A stretch of 32,000 nucleotides of DNA from contig NZ_LT934425.1 in assembly GCF_900232105.1 (NCBI RefSeq), positions 3,180,001-3,212,000 of the forward strand, read 5' to 3'. Below the pieces are notes generated by a model. The model did no database searches. It was not told the origin of the DNA and worked only from the letters and a program-made list of their open reading frames with translations. Source of the stretch: Candidatus Kuenenia stuttgartensis. Its GTDB lineage: Bacteria > Planctomycetota > Brocadiia > Brocadiales > Brocadiaceae. The position numbers were made by a program, and so were the translations under genes. Below are positions 26,746 to 32,000 of this stretch, one piece after another (within the stretch, counting starts at the first letter, position 1; each line of letters begins with the position of its first letter).

Positions 26746-28530
26746 ATGGAAGATACCTCTTTTTTAATGGATGACCCGGAAATTGTCAAAGAATTCCTGA
26801 CAGAATCGGGGGATCATCTGGAATCGGTAGAATCACAAATCCTCCAATTAGAAGAAAACCCGGACAATACGGATATTATCAACACAATATTCCGCCCTAT
26901 TCACAGCACGAAAGGAAGCGCCGGCTTTTTAGGATTGAAGGATATGGGTACAGTAAGCCATGAACTAGAAACACTTCTTGACGAAGCAAGAAAGGGCAAT
27001 CTGAAAATAACCCCGTTAATCATAGAAATATTGTACGAAGGCGTGGACATACTGAAAAGATTAAGGGGGCTTGTTGCAAAGAAAGTCGAGAAAATAGACG
27101 TTTCGGACGAAATTGTAGATTACGCCCCGGTTATTGTAAAAATAAAAAATGCCCTCGTAGGACAGAAAGCAACGGAAAGCGCACCTTCAAAACCGCAGCA
27201 CTTAGGTGAAATACTTGTAGAAAAAGGGGAAATTACCGAAGATGACCTTGACAAGGCATTAGAGGAACAGGAAAAACTACAGCAAAAAAAAATAGGAGAA
27301 ATCATTGTTGAAAAGGGCATCGTCACAAAAGAAACTATAGACAGCGCCCTCAAAACCTTGCCGGCAACAGCGCCAGTCTCAGAAACGGTCAAGGTCGATA
27401 TACAAAAAATAGACAGCCTTGTAAACCTTGTGGGCGAACTGGTAATCGCCAACGCCCTCATAAAAGACCTTCTGGAAAACACGAACAGCACATCAAATAA
27501 AAATATTTCACACCTGGGAAAGATAGTAAAAGACATACAAGATCAGGTAATGTCAATACGAATGGTTCCCATTAAATCAACCTTCCAGAAAATGTCGCGG
27601 CTCGTCCGTGATGTTTCCAAAAAAGCCGGCAAAAAGGTAAAGCTGGAAGTTTCCGGAGAAGAGACTGAACTAGACAAATCGGTAATTGAATCAATTGGAG
27701 ACCCGCTGGTACATATTCTTAGAAATTCGGTAGATCATGGAATCGAACCGGAAGAAGAACGGATTGCCGCGGGAAAGCCTGCCTTGGGACATGTGTATCT
27801 TGATGCCTTTCACAAAGGGGGGAACATTTTTATTGAAATAAGAGACGACGGCAGGGGTTTACGAAAAGATAAATTACTGAAAAAAGCCATTGAAAAAGGA
27901 ATAATGAGTGAAAACGCCACTCTTACTGAACAACAAATCTTCGGTTTGATTTTTGCCGCAGGATTTTCCACTGCTGAGAAGATAACCGATATATCAGGAC
28001 GCGGCGTAGGGATGGATGTGGTTAAGAAAAATATTGAACGCCTGCGCGGCAAGGTCGAAATCTCTTCAGAAGAAGGCAAAGGCACGAAAATCTCTATCAA
28101 ACTTCCCCTGACAATGGCAATCATTGACGGAATGATCGTCCAGGTAGGGAATCAGAAATATATCGTTCCAATGCTTTCTATAGAAGAATCCATACGCCCG
28201 AAAAAAGATGATATCTCAACGATACAACAGCGCGGTGAAGTAATAAATGTGCGGGGCAATATTTTGCCAATGGTACGGCTGCACCAGTGGTATAATGTAG
28301 AGCCTAAAAAATACGCCCCATGGGAGGCCATTATTCTCATTGTTGAAAGTGAAGGGCAACGATGTGGGATTCTTGTCGATGATTTAATAGGGCAACAACA
28401 AATTGTCATCAAACGCCTTGGAGAACAATTCCGCAATGTCAAAGGGGTTTCCGGCAGTGCCATACTTGGGGACGGAAGGGTAGGGCTTATATTGGATGTC
28501 GGCGGCATTATGAATCTTGCTCTTAACTAA
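26746..28530 (+). CDS. cheA: Chemotaxis histidine kinase CheA (Hpt - MshEN-like motifs - dimerisation - ATPase - CheW-like)
   Basis: IFRPIHSTKGSAGFLGLKDMG (Hpt), VDIQKIDSLVNLVGELVIANAL, PLVHILRNSVDHGIE, IEIRDDGRGL, ISGRGVGMDVVKKNIERLRG, and a C-terminal CheW-like domain. Confidence 0.93.
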   Translation: MEDTSFLMDDPEIVKEFLTESGDHLESVESQILQLEENPDNTDIINTIFRPIHSTKGSAGFLGLKDMGTVSHELETLLDEARKGNLKITPLIIEILYEGVDILKRLRGLVAKKVEKIDVSDEIVDYAPVIVKIKNALVGQKATESAPSKPQHLGEILVEKGEITEDDLDKALEEQEKLQQKKIGEIIVEKGIVTKETIDSALKTLPATAPVSETVKVDIQKIDSLVNLVGELVIANALIKDLLENTNSTSNKNISHLGKIVKDIQDQVMSIRMVPIKSTFQKMSRLVRDVSKKAGKKVKLEVSGEETELDKSVIESIGDPLVHILRNSVDHGIEPEEERIAAGKPALGHVYLDAFHKGGNIFIEIRDDGRGLRKDKLLKKAIEKGIMSENATLTEQQIFGLIFAAGFSTAEKITDISGRGVGMDVVKKNIERLRGKVEISSEEGKGTKISIKLPLTMAIIDGMIVQVGNQKYIVPMLSIEESIRPKKDDISTIQQRGEVINVRGNILPMVRLHQWYNVEPKKYAPWEAIILIVESEGQRCGILVDDLIGQQQIVIKRLGEQFRNVKGVSGSAILGDGRVGLILDVGGIMNLALN

Positions 28531-28572
28531 TATACAAAAACCAAACGTTTTACTTTTTATAGGAGGAGAATT

Positions 28573-29085
28573 ATGGAAGGTGTTCTTAGTCAGCAAAAAC
28601 CTGCCGAAATTTCCAGTCTGGCTTCTCATGAAGGAAAATATTTAACTTTTGTTCTGGGCGATGAAGAATATGGTATCGAGATTTTAAAAGTAAGGGAAAT
28701 CATTGGCGTCATGGCAATAACGCCTGTGCCTCAATCGCCAAATTATATTAAGGGCGTAATTAATTTAAGGGGAAAGGTAATTCCCGTAGTTGATTTAAGG
28801 TTAAAGTTCGGGTTTCCGGAAAAGGAACACACGAAAGAAACCTGCATTGTTGTGGTGGAAGTAAACAATACCCTTACGGGCGTCATTGTAGACACAGTAT
28901 CGGAAGTCATTGATATTGCCACAGAAGACATGGAACCTTCTCCGCACTTTGGGCAGGACATAGATACCGATGTTTTTTTAGGCATTGCACAGATAAAAAA
29001 TAAGGTCAAAATACTACTCGATATTGACAAGATATTACGCCAGGAAGAAGTCTGCATGGCGAGCAATTTTACAGAAATATGTTAA
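28573..29085 (+). CDS. cheW: Chemotaxis coupling protein CheW
   Basis: [58 protein letters not shown]. Confidence 0.93.
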   Translation: MEGVLSQQKPAEISSLASHEGKYLTFVLGDEEYGIEILKVREIIGVMAITPVPQSPNYIKGVINLRGKVIPVVDLRLKFGFPEKEHTKETCIVVVEVNNTLTGVIVDTVSEVIDIATEDMEPSPHFGQDIDTDVFLGIAQIKNKVKILLDIDKILRQEEVCMASNFTEIC

Positions 29086-29120
29086 ACATAATAAAAATTT
29101 TTCAAAAGAAAGGGATTATA

Positions 29121-30833
29121 ATGTTCGGCAAAATGACGATAATGACAAGGCTCATCGTGACAATAGTTATCTCAATCGCGATAGGATCCGGTATTTTATC
29201 GGTGATTGTCATGAAGAGGGAAAAGGCGCAAATGCTGGAGGAAGTAAAAAAGGAGGCGCGTATGGCGGCGAATCAGCTTATGTCTGTCCGGCAGGTGATT
29301 GCGACAAAACAGCAGGCCATAAACAATGATTCCAAAGGCAACTTCGAATTCAAAGGGGTAATCCCCGCAGTGGTTGGTCGTGAAGTGGCAGAGCACTTCA
29401 GCCAGACTACCATATACAAAATGAAGCAAACAAGCCTGCAATACAGAAATCCATCGAATAAACCCGATGCGTGGGAAACCAGACAGTTAGAACGCTTTGC
29501 CGCAAATCCTGATTTAAAAGAGATTTCAGAAATAACCATCGAAGACTGGAACCTGGGAGCGGCGTCGCAAATATTCCGCCTTATGGTACCACTAAAAATT
29601 ACAGAAGCCTGCCTTGTATGTCATGGATATCCGGAGACAAGCCCTACGGGAGATGGCAAAGACATATCGGGAAGGCAAATGGAAGGGTACAAACTTGGAG
29701 AAATCAGGGGCGGAATAAGCGTGGTGGCGCCTATGGACAGTATAAATGCGGCAATTGCGGCAAACAGAAATTTCAGCATTCTGGGAAACGGGATTTTTGT
29801 CCTTCTTATTAGTGGTGTGGTATTCTTCGTTACCAAGGGGGTTGTATCTTTATTGAAAAGGACGGTTAATCACCTGAATGCGGGAGCGGAAGAAGTGGCT
29901 GCGGCGTCATCGCAAATATCTTCTTCAAGCCAGTCGCTTGCCGATGGGGCATCGCAGCAGGCAGCTTCCGTGGAGGAGACTTCCGCTTCAATAGAAGAAA
30001 TGTCTTCGATGACGGCAAAGAATGCAGATAATGCAGAAGAGGCAAGCCATTTGACGGTCAAGGCAAAATCTTCGGCGGAGGAAGGCCACGAGACGATGAA
30101 ATCATTGCAGACAATTATGCGTGAATTGCATGGAGGAAATAATCAAATTCTTGCAATTATCAAGTCGATTGACGAAATAGCGTTCCAGACAAACCTTTTA
30201 GCGCTGAATGCCGCAGTAGAGGCCGCAAGGGCCGGTGAACACGGGAAGGGATTTGCCGTGGTTGCGGACGAGGTTCGCAATTTAGCCCAAAGGTGCGCAA
30301 CGGCGTCAAAAGAAACGGCAGACCTGATCAATGCGCGTGTACAGAGCAATGACAACGCCTTAAAGATTACCGAGGTGTTTGCAGAAAAGCTGAAGGAAAT
30401 AGCAACGGATACGAAGAAGGTTGCAGATTTGATGGGAGAGATCTCAGCGGCTTCAAGGGAACAATCGGAAGGGGTAGGCCAGATAGGAAAAGCTATGACG
30501 TCCATAGATAACGTTACCCAACAAAATGCAGCCAATGCAGAACAAATGGCATCCGCCAGCGAAGAACTATCTTCCCAGTCGGTGAATTTAAGAGAAGTCG
30601 TGCTCGAACTCGCAGCACAGGTCGGCGGGATACGGGAGGAGGCTATGGAACCGGAGGTTAAGAAAAAAACATCCTTGAAAAAAGAAATCACTTATCACAG
30701 AAGACCTGCCCTAGAGGCTTACAAGGCTGGAGGGAGCAAAGGCCGCAAACATGTTCGCAAAAATGATGAGGGGGAATCAGGGAAAAAACCTGAAGATATA
30801 ATACCTATGGATGGTGAGTTCAGTGATTTCTGA
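29121..30833 (+). CDS. Methyl-accepting chemotaxis protein with N-terminal periplasmic c-type heme (Tll0287-like/DUF3365) sensor
   Basis: N-terminal [19 protein letters not shown] (nt 29610-29627), [13 protein letters not shown]; C-terminal [41 protein letters not shown] hairpin tip. Confidence 0.9.
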   Translation: MFGKMTIMTRLIVTIVISIAIGSGILSVIVMKREKAQMLEEVKKEARMAANQLMSVRQVIATKQQAINNDSKGNFEFKGVIPAVVGREVAEHFSQTTIYKMKQTSLQYRNPSNKPDAWETRQLERFAANPDLKEISEITIEDWNLGAASQIFRLMVPLKITEACLVCHGYPETSPTGDGKDISGRQMEGYKLGEIRGGISVVAPMDSINAAIAANRNFSILGNGIFVLLISGVVFFVTKGVVSLLKRTVNHLNAGAEEVAAASSQISSSSQSLADGASQQAASVEETSASIEEMSSMTAKNADNAEEASHLTVKAKSSAEEGHETMKSLQTIMRELHGGNNQILAIIKSIDEIAFQTNLLALNAAVEAARAGEHGKGFAVVADEVRNLAQRCATASKETADLINARVQSNDNALKITEVFAEKLKEIATDTKKVADLMGEISAASREQSEGVGQIGKAMTSIDNVTQQNAANAEQMASASEELSSQSVNLREVVLELAAQVGGIREEAMEPEVKKKTSLKKEITYHRRPALEAYKAGGSKGRKHVRKNDEGESGKKPEDIIPMDGEFSDF

Positions 30834-30939
30834 TTGTGCAGTAAAATGGATATAATCTTCATATTTCGGAAAGGAAAATTTTTTATTGTATGCTTCGCGC
30901 AGAGACGTTATATAAACCCGTTGGAAATTTTCGTATAAC

Positions 30940-31422
30940 ATGAACGACGCCCCTAATATCTACACCGTTGGCGTTGGAGATGCAAAAATAGCACGGGCTC
31001 CTAACCAATTAAAGACATTGCTCGGTTCATGCATCGGAATAGCATTGTACGACCCCATAGTAAAAGTAGGGGGCATCCTTCATATCATGCTGCCCAAAAA
31101 AATAGGGAATGATCAAAAATTAACGAAATATGCTGACCCGGGATTGCCTTTTTTTATCGGACAAATCATCAAAAACGGCGGAGCGTCAAAAAACACCCTC
31201 CTTGCAAAAATATTTGGCGGCGCAAAGATGTTCGAAACCGCCGGGAAGCTCATTAATATTGGCGAAAAAAATGAACATGAAGTGCGCAGGATATTAAAAG
31301 AAGAAGGTATCAAAATTGTAGCGGCAAAAACGGGTGGAACAAAGGGATACAATATAGCGCTTGATACAACCACCGGCAATGTGGAATGCCGCATATTCGG
31401 AGAAGCTGTCTGTATTTATTAA
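30940..31422 (+). CDS. cheD: Chemoreceptor glutamine deamidase CheD
   Basis: KTLLGSCIGIALYDPIVKVGGILHIMLP, FGGAKMF, GGTKGYNIALDTTTGNVECRIFG. Confidence 0.9.
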   Translation: MNDAPNIYTVGVGDAKIARAPNQLKTLLGSCIGIALYDPIVKVGGILHIMLPKKIGNDQKLTKYADPGLPFFIGQIIKNGGASKNTLLAKIFGGAKMFETAGKLINIGEKNEHEVRRILKEEGIKIVAAKTGGTKGYNIALDTTTGNVECRIFGEAVCIY

Positions 31423-31526
31423 GTATATTAATTTTATTATTTTATTTGCGAAAAGATAGCATTTATCAAAAACAAAGGTAAAAAATGGTTATTTCACCGG
31501 AACGCTTACGGATGTTGGAGGTAATA

Positions 31527-32000
31527 ATGAAGCTTTCTATCGACAATGCTTCAAGGGCCCTTTCCAAGACATTAAGGACCGGTGCAAAAATCACTCTCTC
31601 TAAAATCTACATGGCAGATTTTAACGAAGCCACTGAGAAAATGAATACTGACACGAGGGAAATGACCGGCATTATTGTCAATTTTAAAGGCAACTTCGGC
31701 TGTAAAATGCTGTTTATGCTGCCTCTTGAAGGTTCTACAATACTGACGGACTATTATCTCCGTCTACCGGTGGGTACAACAAAAGAGTTTAACACTGATA
31801 CCGAAAGCGTCTCTCAGGAATTGGGGAATATTCTTGCAAGCCATATCAGCAACACGCTGGTTTCAGACTTCGACGCTACATTATTGCCGGAACCGCCGCA
31901 AGTGCATAACGATTATGCGGGAATAATATTTTCAAGTCTTTTGTTGGAACAAGGGATCTATAGCGATCAATTGCTACTTGTTGAAACAATTTTTGAAATC
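31527..32000 (+). CDS. CheC-like chemotaxis phosphatase/inhibitor, truncated by window end
   Basis: Own translation: MKLSIDNASRALSRTLRTGAKISLSKIYMADFNEA...GNFGCKMLFMLPLEGSTILTDYYL..ESVSQELGNILASHISNTLV; GGAGG 6 nt upstream of ATG 31527. Confidence 0.7.
   Translation, partial: MKLSIDNASRALSKTLRTGAKITLSKIYMADFNEATEKMNTDTREMTGIIVNFKGNFGCKMLFMLPLEGSTILTDYYLRLPVGTTKEFNTDTESVSQELGNILASHISNTLVSDFDATLLPEPPQVHNDYAGIIFSSLLLEQGIYSDQLLLVETIFEI

Noticed and set aside
25323-31394. Multiple antisense ORFs (25323-25598, 27120-27536, 28152-28508, 30143-30691, 31113-31394)
   Set aside because: All are opposite to strongly recognised che/mcp genes and have no recognisable features; shadow ORFs.
24701-32000. 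Novel defence island interpretation of the right-hand cluster
   Set aside because: All members match chemosensory families (CheY, CheX/C, CheA, CheW, MCP, CheD); no nuclease, toxin or effector domain was found.
1-32000. CRISPR arrays, tRNA or rRNA genes
   Set aside because: No regularly spaced direct repeats and no tRNA cloverleaf-like or rRNA-like stretches were recognised by reading; a tRNAscan-SE or CRISPR finder run would be needed for certainty.

Overview
This 32 kb bacterial chromosomal window resembles an anammox planctomycete (Kuenenia/Brocadia type). That is an inference from overall gene content, not a database result. Left part: 3' end of mobB, a cytochrome P460-like c-heme protein, a LmbE/BshB-type deacetylase, a CcoG/NapH-like polyferredoxin, a DUF296/PPC protein, a PatB-type aminotransferase and a leucine-dehydrogenase family enzyme. 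Two intact-looking insertion sequences sit here. The ISL3-type element is 3632-5012, with 26-bp TIRs and an 8-bp TSD ATAAAAAT. The IS1634/IS4-type element is 5742-7800, with imperfect TIRs and a 6-bp TSD ATCTAA. Middle: a large SNF2-family helicase convergent with a RecQ helicase, a TPR/membrane TMTC-like protein, an S1C/HtrA serine protease, a double-HD (HD-GYP) protein and a DUF1858-NnrS-like-DUF1858 membrane protein. Right part (24.7-32 kb): a chemosensory operon, cheY - cheX-like - CheX/C-like::REC fusion - cheA (with tandem MshEN/GspE-N-like motifs) - cheW - MCP with a c-type heme Tll0287-like sensor - cheD - cheC-like (truncated by the window end). Intergenic regions carry at least two dispersed palindromic repeat families. 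One is a complete 120-bp MITE-like element (21080-21199) with perfect 26-bp TIRs and a 6-bp TSD, plus decayed relatives at about 5024-5150, 9106-9230 and possibly 14844-14984. I found no CRISPR array, no tRNA/rRNA, and no defence or other previously undescribed system that I can support strongly. The most notable items are the heme-linked chemosensory cluster with unusual protein architectures and the MITE family.
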